Part shown: positions 48,171 to 61,095 of the stretch, in pieces
How the letters are laid out: each line of letters opens with the position of its first letter
How positions within the stretch are numbered: the first letter of the stretch is position 1
Assembly: GCA_012295275.1 (NCBI GenBank)
Contig: CM022677.1
Location: 9,114,001-9,178,000 of the forward strand
Source: Chrysomallon squamiferum
Lineage: Eukaryota > Animalia > Mollusca
Length of the DNA stretch: 64,000 nt
Direction of reading: 5' to 3'
Position numbers and translations under genes: made by a program
The notes under the pieces: model-generated
The model's database searches: none
What the model saw: only the letters and a program-made list of their open reading frames with translations
What the model was told of the DNA's origin: nothing

Positions 48171-51100
48171 ATATTTAATGTCAAGGTGACAGTGAGACTA
48201 ATATTTTGAAAATATTTTGTTCTTATTTTACACAGTTGTTCTTAAACACATGATATAGTATTGTCTAACAATATTTTTTTTTTGTTTTTGTTTCAAAAAA
48301 TGATATTTTTCATTTAGAACAGGAAGAATATCATTTATTAATAATAATTTGTTGGAATAATGACGACAAACTATTCACATAATTTAAAAAAAGAAAAAGC
48401 ATTTAAAAATTGTTTAAAAATATTAATTATTTACAATTTGTAAATGAAATTATACTAAAAAATTCACATAATTTTAATCCACATTCATGTAAATTGTATA
48501 CAATATAAAATTAAAAATGAACTAAACCAAAAAAAAAAAAAAAAAAAAAAATTAAATAAAAAAAAAAAAAAAATAAAATAAAAATAAAATAAGGTAATCA
48601 AATTGAAACTTTTGAACTATAAAAATTTGATTTGTGAATGCACTATATGCTCATACAGTCCTCATTTACAACAGTTTATTAATAAAATTTCATCATAAAT
48701 AAATAATTATAATGTCAACTGAAACAAAGTAATTAAAATAAACAACATCTGAATGCACTAACCACATACAATTTGCAATACTCTGCGAGTATTTGTACAT
48801 CGCATTAAAATTTAAAAAACAAAATTATAATAGTTTTCAGCAAACAACACTGATATAGCTGATAAATGTTTTATGAAAGTGAAGATGAAAAAATGTAGGT
48901 CATGTGTTCAAATAAATAAAAGTATTTAAATTCACTAACCATTAAGATTTGCGTCATAAAATATTTATGGCTGACTTATCTTTATAGCAAATATTTTAAT
49001 AATTTTTATTTTTTATTTTTAAATTTTTATATGTATATATAAATTGCCCTTATTTTAAACAAAGTAAAGATACTGAATAAAATGCATTTGCAATGAAGTA
49101 CATCAAATTATCATTATTGTTTATAGCTGTGTTTGAATTGTATCTTATATGAGTAGAAATAAAGATTTGTATCAATGACATGTAGCCTTTTAAAAGGATA
49201 AAATGCAAAAATGCTATTACATTATTTAAATTCAGCTGATTTAAACTATTTCAGGTCATTAAATAAATTCAATAACATCTTGGGAGGGAAAATAAAAATA
49301 AAAACAACATCTAAAAACCCCATCGAAACAAACATTTTATGTGTCATTGCAGTTACTTTTCTTGATTATTTAATATTATATATATAAACTGGTCATATCC
49401 AAAATAAATAGATAATTACATTTCCAGATTTAAATTTTTAAATTCTTCGCTATTTTAAAAGAAAGAATAAAAAAGTTTATAAATCACTAGAATCTAAAAG
49501 ATGTTTTTCAAATTTACAATTGACTCTCCAAAATGGGAGATAAAAAAGCTAATGTCTTCAAGTACAACAGACAAGAGGAACAAGTTCAATACAAAAAAAT
49601 ATATGTACAAAGGCAAGAATGAGGATCCCCATACCCTGTGACAACACAAAAATGAAAACAAATTCTTGAAAAATGCAGCCTCATTTTCACTTTCAATCTA
49701 TCAAGTTTATAATTACATCTTTTTATCATTGACTGACCTTTTCCATTCTAGGCAGATTTTCATTCATAATTCTCGGTAACTATTTTAATTAGATCTGTTT
49801 ATATAGCTTGTTCAAATCAATTTTGTTAACAAATTTAAAAATGAAAAACATGAAATATATTTTAAAATGTACTGCTGATGCTGTGAATGAAAGTTATTTT
49901 ATCAGTACACCTAGCTTTTGATGACATCACAAAAAGTATTTTGCCTAAAGTGTATCTTACAACATTGTTTATTTATAAAATATTTTCAGATTTACCATTT
50001 TAAACTAATTGTTCCACGCCTGAAAATGAGCCTGCATGTTAAAGGGAAAAAAACAAAAGAAAAAAGATGGAAAACAAATACCAAAAGTCTAATCTCAGTG
50101 TAAAACAGATTGCACATTTAAACACAAAAAAAAATACTAATGACACAACACAAATTTAAACATATTTTTCTAAAAATAAAAAGTTTTCCTTTTTTAGCTG
50201 TAATAAATTCACTGCAAATACCCTTTTTCTTTCCTTTTTGTTAAACAAGAAAATTACAGGTTTTAAAAAAAACATAAAATAGAAACCTCTTCCATTGTGA
50301 CCAAGGATGAAATTAAAAATCATTCAGACAACTTAGAGAAGAATGTCACATAAATAATAATAATAATAATAAACTTTTTTGAGAACAAATAAACCAAATA
50401 ATAGATTTTTATTTAGTTATGATTAAACTTTTCCTTTGTAATCTTAAAAGTTTGATTTCTGTGAAAAATAAAAAGATGAATATAATGAAATTAAAAATGA
50501 TATAATACAATTTGATAAATTATTACAAATTAATAATACTAATTTTAATATGCAAAAAGGGTACAAATATTTGGTTGATAAAACTTATTAACAATCGCAA
50601 AGTTTGGAACATACATCTGCATTTACTAGAAGTTTGTGACCAAAATAATAATAATAATAAATAAAAATAAAAAATAAAAATTCTTTGACATTGAAATATT
50701 CTTGTTCAGATGTTCACAATAATATTTATTTTCCTTGCAATCATATTTTATCATCAGTTAGGCTCTTTATTTTACATATATATATATATATATCGTACAA
50801 AGGCATGAATTTTTTTTATTTATATATAAATAAACAAACAGCAAAGCTTACAGACATAAACTAATTTCTTTTTTTAATGATATATTTGCATATAGCTGTC
50901 ATGGATGTATTATTTTTATTATTATTACCTTTTTTTATTTATACATAGCACACAAAAACACTGATAAAAATAAAGGAAGACAAGTTTAAAATGTTCAACT
51001 TTGATCTGCAATATACATTAACAATATTTAGTGATGATTTAAAAACAGAAATAAAAGTAAAAAAACAAAATAATGAATGTAAAGCATTAGATTTAAAAAA

Positions 51101-51900
51101 GAAATATCTTAGAATGAAGGGAGACAAACACTAAATTGATTTTAGTTCTTTGTTTTTAAGACAAAACAACCTTTGAAATATCATTTTACTAACATCACAA
51201 CCACTGCTACAAAAAATTAATATTCTTAATTAATCTAACATTCCTGGTAACATTTTTCTTTTAACTTTCATTTTGTATACTGATGCAAATTATATTGCTG
51301 AATAATTGTTGTATATTTTAATATATTTTATTATGTAATAAGATAGTGTTTTTGTAGTGTTATATATATATAGAATAACACTACAAATAATTAGATTAAC
51401 AGTTCTTTTTAAAAATAAAATTAATTGTATATATATTAATTGTTGTAAGCAGCTATTAAAAATATAACACAAAGATTCTAAAAATAATTAAAAAAAAAAT
51501 GAGCCAGATACATTAAGTCACAACAGAAATGTAAAAAAATTCTAAACAAAAATACACAAAATATATTTTTTTAATGAGAATCTATTTTCACAACATAATT
51601 GATATAGAAAGCTAGATATTTATGTTTCTTTGGTTCATATAAATATTAAAATGACTTTTGAAATGATGATGAACATTAATGAACACATTAGTGTGTAATG
51701 GTAAATGTTGCAAATGAAATGTGTGACTTGATCATGTGACTTGGAATGAGAACAAAGGGAGACAATGCATAATTACCGGGTTTATAAATGTATTCCCCCA
51801 AAAATTAAAAAATTACAAAATTACAAAATTAAAACATTATCTGAACTTTTAAATTGTTAATTTCATTTCTTCTTTTTTGAAATTCACCTACAGACTAGAG

Positions 51901-51936
<36 letters not shown>

Positions 51937-53034
51937 CAGATTAATAGCTAAATAAATAAATGAAAGAAAGAATGCTGAAAAATAAATGAACATAAAAGTC
52001 AGAACATAAAATGTTTCGAATTAGACAGTGATATATGTTTTCTGACTCAAATAAATTCAATACACTATGCTATAGAAGTGCACAAGTTTAAAATATAGTA
52101 GAAAGAATAATAAAAAAAAATATGATGTAATACAAATCGATTCTGAAGATTAAAATGGTAATGTTTTTTTATCAGCAAATTTATCTGTTAATATTTTTGT
52201 TGTAAGTTACCATTTAAAATGTATAATTTAATTTAATTTAAAAAAAAGAAAAATAATGTCATATATTTTCTAAGTGACAGAAGAAAATCAATTTAAACAC
52301 AGTGTTGATCTCTGGCAGTTTATAAAATTTATAAAAAATCTGAGAGAAATGAGTTTTGATTAATGGACAGATTTAAATAACAAAACAAAATGGCATCCAT
52401 GAACACACACAGATAAATGAATTATAGACTTTTTTACTCTTTCCTAAACTGCTTTGAAATGGATTCCCTTTATTCAGCTGCTAATAAAGAAGAAAAAAGT
52501 ATATATATATCTATACTTTCCAAAACTAGTCTTTACTGATGTATCTTTTTTTTTTAAATTACATTTTCAAGTTTACAAAATACTAATAAAAATTAATTAT
52601 AATTATACAAAATAGTTGTAGTAGTAGTAATAATTTGTTATGGATTATACATTAATAGTATTAGTTAAAAGGAATAGCAGCTACAATAGTTGTGTATTAG
52701 TAGCAGTAATCATTTATTTTTATGTTGTACCAGTTGTGTGGGTCTCGTTGTGGCAATATTAATAACAGTAATGATGAAACAGATGGAAATAACATCCATT
52801 TACAAATTAACAAGAGGGTGTCATGTAGTGAATATGAATGGAAATGACAAGCTGAAATGATCTAACTTATGTTTCCCTTGTTTTTAATAATTACAATTAA
52901 CTCGCTAGGTAACAAGAAAATTTCAGGATTTTTTTTAAAACCATGACATAATACAAAATAATGTAAGCATGAATTAGTCAATACAAGTGACAATGATTTG
53001 ATCACTGTTTTTTAATTATTATTATTATTAAATG

Positions 53035-53083
<49 letters not shown>

Positions 53084-54216
53084 TTATACCCGATATCTTT
53101 AACACAACACTAATGGTTCTAAGAAGAAGCAGTTTAAGGTATCATTCACAATTATGGATAAATAATAACAATAATCCTAATAATGATAATAAATAAATAA
53201 ATAAATAAATAATAAAATAACAATTTTCAAAACTAAAAATCTGAAACATTGAGTCACTTTAGTTGTTTTTTTAAACTAACACAAAATATTTGTTTTATAC
53301 CTATACTCTTAAAGGTAGGTTACAATATGAATATATATATATTTTAATCTATTTATGGAAGTTAGTAGAATAGATTTTTAGAACACGATCAGTAAAGCAC
53401 TTGAAGCAATCTGAAATTAAAATAATGTTAATAATAAAAATTAGTATAAAAATAAGTTATGTGATCCACGTGTTAATTAACATATCACAATTAAATGCAG
53501 AACACTAAAGTAATAATAATAATTAAAATTATTATTATAACACAAATTATTAAATCCAGCTATAAATTATTTTGTTGTACGAGTTGTTGTTACCAAGTTG
53601 GTAACATGTTAATTTTTTAATCATTCACAACATTTACCAAAGCACAAATAAATAAACAAATAAGAAGAAAAAAGAGTCACAGAGAGAGAAAGTAAAAAAA
53701 TCAAGCATTTAAAATATATCAGATCTATATAATCTGTAAATAATTTATAGATTGGTATAGTCTGTAAGTAATTTGTGAATGTTATACATGAATGAGTTTG
53801 TTCCCTTCACAAATAATTTACTACTTTTTTTTTTTCTTTTTTTTTTTAATAGGAAAAAAGGAGAAGATTACATAATTTAAAATAGAATTAAAAAAGATAA
53901 ATAACATTGTTGTGTAGTTATTAATATTTAATTTAATTTCTATATTTGTTAATAATCATTGGAATTATATGGGAAAAAAAAAAATGTTTTTAATTAACAA
54001 ATAAAAAAACTGCAACAACCATTTGATTTAACAACCATAAAATTCAATTTAATGTTACTAATAATTTCTCTCTTCATTTTTACATTTTTTCATAATGAAT
54101 GGATATTTTTCCTGAGACAGGAATGCCAAATTGTGACAGATGTAAAATATGTATCAAGAATGACTTATGTTTATAAATAAAAATTAAATGTGATAGCACT
54201 AATCAGCAATATAATT

Positions 54217-54268
<52 letters not shown>

Positions 54269-56405
54269 CATGATTCTCAACACAGTAATGTAATTTTATT
54301 TAGTCCCTAAAAAAACTTAAACGACACTCATTAAAAAAAAAGTTAAAATATTTAAAATATTTTAATATATAAAAATAATAATATATATAAAATAGAAATT
54401 AAATGTGGTTTTTGTGCATTCACTATATCAAATTAAATTTTTTATAAATCTTACAAAAGTCTTGTTTAAACATAAAATGAGACTAAACCTTGTGCATGCA
54501 AGTCCATTTTATTTTTAACTTATGCTGATCTTTGTTAGAAAAAAAAAAAAAGGGGGTTCTATAATGTTAAGTACCAGCATAAATTAAAATATTTCACACA
54601 AGGCATTGGTCAAAAATACATATTCTAGTGACAAGATTTCTAAACTGAACAAATCTCATTATATAAGCAAAAATACATTTCAATAAGAACACAATTTTGA
54701 TTTATACAAGTATGGATGACCTTTATAAAGCTCATCTAATCTAAAAGAATAACTTTGATTGGTCCACTAGCACTGTAACAACGCTCTTTTAAGAACAGAT
54801 CCTATTGGTCAACATGAAATGTCATTACACCGGATCAAACACCATTTTTCAAAATGGGGAATGCCAGAGATTGCAGTCTTCACTAAGTGAAGTTAACAAA
54901 ACAAAGAAATATACATAAATAAAACAGTTATTTATATTTTCAAACAAATAATACTAATTAATACTTGACAGAAAAATAGCTTTTGAAAAACAAAATGTTA
55001 TTGCACTTTAAAGTGAAAGAAATATTTTAATAATAATGTAAGACTGCAGAAAATTTCTTTTTTAAAATGCAGTTAAAATAAATAATTTATAATGTTAGAA
55101 AATAAAAATGAAATTTCAGATCTATTAGTAATAATAATAATCATCAGATCTATTGAAAAGTTATCCAGTATTTCAAAATGTATCAGTTCAATAAGAAAGT
55201 TAATTTCTTTTATCAGAACTGTATTAAAAGTTAAAAAATAATTTACCAGTAACTGCTGTTGTGGTTTATCCAGTTGTATTGCATAATACTATTTCAAAGA
55301 ACCAATCAAAACAAAGAAAACAAAAACACATGGAATATTTGCACCAATATAAATGCAGATAACATGTAAGTAACATTGGCATTTGTCCCTAACACTGATA
55401 TCTTACACAAGTGTAAAACCTCACCTATAACAAGGTTTTCTGAGACAGGTTAAAAAAAAAATTAAAAACACCTACCATGTGACCTTAAATTCAAAACAAA
55501 AAAATATATAAGTGAAATGGTCCCACTAACACAATTCTAACAGTTAATAATGCAGTAAAAAATAAAAATAAATGTAGAAACAATCAACACTGCAAGCTAC
55601 ACATGCCCAATCTAACTACACGAACCTAACAACAACACCAATACATAACTCTAGTTGATTTCATCAACTTTGGATTAAAAATATCTCGACAGAAGTCTGC
55701 CACGTTTCACAACAAACAGTTATTTTTCTTGCTTCAAGTTTAAAAAAAAAAAAAAAATAGTCCTAGTTATTAATGGCCATAATATTTACTGCTGAATTAT
55801 ATTATATAAAAAAAAGAAAATTCCATTTTACACATTTTCCAATTATTCTGCATGATTTTTTAGAAATTTATGTATTCAAAATTAACTGTTTGAGGCATTC
55901 CTTAATCCTGTATTCCTAAATACTTATTCTACATTCTTTGCTGTTTTTATTTTATTGTATTATTTTTTATCTTTATTCAAGTATTAGATAAAATCCTATT
56001 CATGTTTAGACACATTACATTTTGTGTAGAGCACAGATATTATAGAATGGAACATTAGCACCAAATTTCTTTCTTCCAATTCCTGCACGTTTTATTATTT
56101 CAAAATTGTTTTGAACCCTGTTTAATAAGACAAAAATGGTCAAACATTCACTATTACAAACTTTCAGTGTAAGAAAAAAAATTTTAACCCTGTTTTTTTT
56201 TTTCAATTTCAATTTGAAAATTCACATAAATAACCAATTGATTCGGCAGCATAGGTCAGTGGTATCATAAAAATATTTTCAGATATTGTGAAGTCGAGGT
56301 TAATCAGCCATATAAAATTTATTTAAGATATCCTATAAACTGTAGCTTTTTCTGTTTGCTTTTTTAAAGTGATGTATCAGAATTAAAATAATCCTCAGAT
56401 TCTGT

Positions 56406-56921
56406 TTATTTGATATGACTGGTCAGATGGCAGTTGAAGTCGATGCGATCCTTACACGACATTTTGCAGATGACACATTTAAAGGGGTCGGAGTCATGGG
56501 AATGGAATCCGTTGTGCAACAGGTAGAGCGTGCAGTCTTCAAAGATCATGTGACAGTGTTCACACTTGTACACCTTTCCCTTCCACAGCAGATATGACAC
56601 CAGCGCTTGGTCCTCATCCTTCGGACTCTCAATATCGGCAGCACCGTTGCACAGCAGAGATGATGTTGACTGAGGAAGCTCCTGCTCACTGCTGGTGCTG
56701 CTGCTGCAGCGGCGCATGGGATGACGCTGCTTCCGGCCATTGCTTGACGATGGAATCATTCTTGTGTTGAGGTTCTGACGTTCGATGGACAACTGCTGCG
56801 AGTCTTCTACGTGGTTTTCGAGTCTCTCTGGGGACTGTGATCCAGTTCCACTCGATTCACTCTGAGGCCGGTTCTGGTGGTGGGACAAGTCCAGTTCAGC
56901 TTCCCCAAAGTCATTTTTGGA
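56406..56921 (-). CDS. C-terminal part of the same zinc-finger gene in the -1 frame, with an Ikaros/Hunchback-type terminal finger pair
   Basis: The frame is open from 56921 (after TAG 56922-56924) to TAA 56406. It reads SKNDFGEAELDLSHHQN...YKCEHCHMIFEDCTLYLLHNGFHSHDSDPFKCVICKMSCKDRIDFNCHLTSHIK, matching the Ikaros-family pattern YxCxHC..F.D..(M/L)Y..H.G.H...DPFxCxxC.....DR..F..H. Confidence 0.85.
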   Translation of the reverse strand, partial: SKNDFGEAELDLSHHQNRPQSESSGTGSQSPERLENHVEDSQQLSIERQNLNTRMIPSSSNGRKQRHPMRRCSSSTSSEQELPQSTSSLLCNGAADIESPKDEDQALVSYLLWKGKVYKCEHCHMIFEDCTLYLLHNGFHSHDSDPFKCVICKMSCKDRIDFNCHLTSHIK

Positions 56922-58354
56922 CTAGAGTCATTGGCATCAGGAGTGGATACGAGAGGGGACGAATCTGAGCCATCTTTTTTCACCTGACTGTGACTGGTGG
57001 TGCTAACCACCTCGTTTTCTTGTGCTGGTGACGACTCAGGCAGTTTGAGCTGGGATGCCAGTGACATGCTGGGGAAGTAGTGAGGCCGAAGTAGCCCCAT
57101 CTCAGACGTCTCAGCCAGTGACAAACCGGCAGCGCTGTTGTACATTCCAATCGGTGTAGGGAAGCTGGGTGAGAATGTTGTTCCAACAGGGGCTCTGAAT
57201 GGAATTATGGAAGAGAAGGGAGGCAATTGACAGGCATTTTGATAAATTGACTGGGCCTGTGTGTGATAGGGCAAGTCATCAATAAGCACGCCATCATGAT
57301 TTTGATTCGAGTGGACCTCTTCTTTTAGATCATTCTTCTGGTTCAGCATTTCCATTCGTGAGAAATTTGCATAATCATTAACTGACTCAGTTACATGGGG
57401 ATGAGAAGCCATGTGCTGCTGCAGATCTTGCCATTTTGTGAATGTCGCGTAGCAGATGTGACATCGTTGTATGGCATCAGTCATGTGACGGCGCTCGTGC
57501 ATCCTGTAACTGCCACTCTGAGCGAATGTGCGACCGCAGACTTTGCAGACGTACGGCTTCTCTCCGGTGTGGATGCGTTCGTGGGTTCGCAGAGTTCCTA
57601 TCTGCGTGAAGCTCTTACCACACGACCGACACGAGTACGGACGTTCGCCAGTGTGGATTCTCTTGTGAGTGGACAGTGAACTCTGACTAGAAAACAGTTT
57701 ACCACAAATTTTACAAATCACTGGCGATGTACCGTCGGCCTGACGCATGCGCTGCTGTATTGATGACGTGATCAGAGAACTTGCAGCTCTGATGACAAGA
57801 CTCCTTTCCTTCTCCTTCCTCTCATCCTCTTCAGACAACTTCGACCCCGTGGTGGTGGGTGTCATGTTTAGTGCATCAGTTAAGTTCTGTGGGGCTAGGT
57901 TAGTGGGTGTAGGCGGTGGGGTGGGTTTGGGTGGACTGGGTGCAGGACTACTCCGGCTAGACTGGTTGTTGTGGACACGTTCATGTTTTTTCCAATTGCT
58001 AGGATCTGAAAAACGTTTCCCGCAAATGGAACATGCAAATGGCTTTTCCCCGGTGTGCAGACGTTCGTGAGCTTTGATGTAGCCAGCCTGAGAAAATGTC
58101 TTGCCACAGAAGCGACACGCCAGCTTGCTATTGTGACCATAACGGAAACTACTTAATATGGACCCTGTTACTAAACTTGTTGGTGTGGTTTTCCGGCCAA
58201 ACCTTGTCGTAAGAGAAAGAGGCGTATCAGAACTCCCTTGAGGAGGAGGATCTTCAACCGGCTCAGTCTTTGCCTCCTCCTCCTGTGTGTGCTCCTCCAT
58301 GGCCTCCTCAGCTTCTTTTGCGTACGACTTTGCCATGATGTCGGCATCGCTCAT
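56807..58354 (-). CDS. C2H2 zinc-finger transcription factor, N-terminal ORF with six fingers (515 aa as read in frame 0)
   Basis: ATG at 58354 (ACAATGAG) follows the acceptor at 58383-58384. Fingers CRFC..H..H, CSIC, CKIC, CRSC, CKVC, CHIC with TGEKP/TGERP linkers, arranged 2+4 around a Pro/Thr-rich spacer. Confidence 0.93.
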   Translation of the reverse strand: MSDADIMAKSYAKEAEEAMEEHTQEEEAKTEPVEDPPPQGSSDTPLSLTTRFGRKTTPTSLVTGSILSSFRYGHNSKLACRFCGKTFSQAGYIKAHERLHTGEKPFACSICGKRFSDPSNWKKHERVHNNQSSRSSPAPSPPKPTPPPTPTNLAPQNLTDALNMTPTTTGSKLSEEDERKEKERSLVIRAASSLITSSIQQRMRQADGTSPVICKICGKLFSSQSSLSTHKRIHTGERPYSCRSCGKSFTQIGTLRTHERIHTGEKPYVCKVCGRTFAQSGSYRMHERRHMTDAIQRCHICYATFTKWQDLQQHMASHPHVTESVNDYANFSRMEMLNQKNDLKEEVHSNQNHDGVLIDDLPYHTQAQSIYQNACQLPPFSSIIPFRAPVGTTFSPSFPTPIGMYNSAAGLSLAETSEMGLLRPHYFPSMSLASQLKLPESSPAQENEVVSTTSHSQVKKDGSDSSPLVSTPDANDSSPKMTLGKLNWTCPTTRTGLRVNRVELDHSPQRDSKTT

Positions 58355-59643
58355 TGTTTGTGGCAAAGTGAACCTGGAGGATCTGAAACAATATGTAAAC
58401 TATGTGTAAACAATATATAACAATATGAAAACATTAGGTAAGCAATATGTAAACAAAGTTAAACAATATGTTATCAGTATGTCAAAATATAATGGTAAAT
58501 AAATAATCAATTTGAAGATCATATAAATGTTGAATAAATATAAAATATATAAGTATAAATATTTAAATGTCAAGAATACACAGAGTATAAATAAAATATA
58601 CAACTATCAAGAATACATATTGTATTAATATACAAATTACAAATATATTAAACTATAAAGAAGTTACAAAGTATAAATACAGAACTGTACAGAAAGACAT
58701 GGGATATATAAAGATAATAAATATATAAATAAAACAATACAGAACTAAAAATAAATAATCCAATATATAAATAAACATATATAACATTAAATTGAGTGAT
58801 AATAAATATAAATATTAAAAATCAAATATTACTAAATAAATGAATAAAAGTACATTCCAGATATTCAATCAGATTTTTGTTTTAGAAAACTGTCTTTTTC
58901 AAAAAGTCACTATACTTCTACATTAACATATTTATATTATTATTTACTATATTTATATTATAAAAATAAAAAAATAAAATAAAATTAATATAATTTATAA
59001 CTAATTTTCTAAGTTATTGCTAACTTTAATGTTTGAGGACATTAACTAAGCTTTTAAATAATCAATTTGGGGACAAGAGATTTATTGTTATTATTAATAC
59101 TGCACCATTCTGAGCTCTGGGTAGCAGGTAAGGTCTGTGGACAAGTAAAATGGCTCAACTGTTGTATTAGTTTTAGGTTTCTAATGTACAGTAATAAAAA
59201 AAAGAATAAAAGCTATTATTGTGGGTTTTACTTTAATTAAAGGTACAGATTGTTTGGGTTGTTTAATTCAGTACATGTAAATTGTAATGTTTTAAAATAA
59301 TTAAACACTGTGTATTAATTTTAATGTGGGCTTAAATATTCAAATGGTTTGGAATAGGACAGCAATATCATCACATGACTTCCTGATATCCTGATAAATA
59401 ACATTACAGGTAGATAAAGATTAGAATTGATTAGAATGGGGAGGGTATTCCTAGCATTATTTTCATTAATTTCAGAATATTATTTTATACCAGGTATTTA
59501 AGTGAATTATGCATATTATTTGTATATCTTCTCTAAGGCTAATTTTGTTTTAATTAAAATATGTAAGTTCAAATTATACAAATTTAAATAAATAAATTTT
59601 AAAATGCTTCTTATTCCTAGAAGGAACAGAATGTTTTATGTAT

Positions 59644-59684
<41 letters not shown>

Positions 59685-61002
59685 AACTCAAGGGAAACAG
59701 AAATCAATCAGTATATCTCTGAAAGGCAGGTCATTTTCAAATTCAAAAATATACAAATTTAGTATTTTCAAGTTATTATTACTTATTAACAACAACAACA
59801 ATAATAAAATAACTATTTGAATGAAATTTAACTAGCAAATAATTATGTAGTTTTATAAATGTTTAAAAAGTAATACAACATTCTAGATATTTCAAAAATG
59901 TGAAACTAATCTGAAACAAATTAGTAGAATTATTATTACTGTTGTTGTTTTTTTATTATTACTTCTTGTTTAAACTTACATGTTTTGAATCAACAACAAC
60001 ATACATGTAATTTAAAAAAGTAAACTGCTGGCCAAAGGGAAAGATTAGAAATTTATACATAATGATAATAACTTTTTGATAAAATAATAACCAAATGAAC
60101 AAAATTAAAAATTAAAATAAAGAAATAAAGAAATAATCAAAAGAAATAATAAAAAGTAATATTATTTGTTTAAAAATATACAAAATGCTTTTAAAATAAA
60201 TATATTACATTATATATTACATAAAAAAATGCTTCAAAAATATTATCACCTTTAAAAAAAGCTATCAAAATAAATATTACATAATGATATTTTAAGATTC
60301 TAATATTGTTTCATTTTATTTCGCAATGCTTCAGTGAATGACATCCTTTGAGCATAGGAAAATGTAAAAAGAATTAGAATAGAAATTTAAAAATAAAAGA
60401 AGAAAATTAGCTTGAATCTCTTTAAAGTTTAATACTTTATCATAAAGTTTATGCAGCATATGCTACAGTGTATAATATATCATTTTACAATGTAAAAATA
60501 TTTTTTAATTATTAATAATTTACTTATATCAATATTTATTGCGATTTATCCATGTCGATTTGTAACGCCACTGCCTGTTCGCGACTACAAATTAATCCTT
60601 TGATCTTTGCCGCGCGGTCCTGTTACTTGACAAACGCTTTAGCATCACTAAACATTTAAATCCCAAAACTACGAATATTTAATTTTTTTACACTATATAT
60701 ATTTATTTAAACATGCTAGGATGTCAGTGGCGCTTTTTCAAAGAACAAAGATAATTATCGGCTACAAAAAATACTTGGATATATTTTTGCAAATGGCTGC
60801 ATTGGAACTATAATGTAAACAAAGACGTTGCTTTGTTCTCCGAAGTCTTGACACATGTCGGACCGCGAAACTAGCCGGATAAAAAGAAACAACAGCTGGG
60901 GCCCCATCACTCGAGAGTGGGAACGCAACTTTGAAAAAGTACCATTTCTCGAAATTTAAGTTTAAAACGTATATTACGAATAAAACAGAGAGTTTTCATT
61001 AC

Positions 61003-61095
61003 CTGCCAGCACTGTTTGAACAATTTCTTGAAAACCAAACATAGTTCTGTTTGTCTGGGGTTTTCACGAAAGATGGCGCACAACCGGAATGAATG
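61003..61095 (-). promoter_or_regulatory. Probable 5' leader exon and core promoter of the zinc-finger gene
   Basis: Donor GCAG|GTAATG at 61001-61002, YY1-like CGCCATCTT (plus strand AAGATGGCG ~61070-61078) and ETS core CCGGAA ~61084-61089. The region 60540-61100 is CpG-enriched. The 5' boundary is approximate. Confidence 0.55.

Noticed and set aside
44800-56400. 11.6-kb gene-free stretch examined for hidden genes, RNA genes or transposons
   Set aside because: No credible exon, tRNA, terminal inverted repeat or transposase/RT remnant was seen by eye. Part may be a long 3' UTR of the zinc-finger gene, but this cannot be shown from sequence alone.
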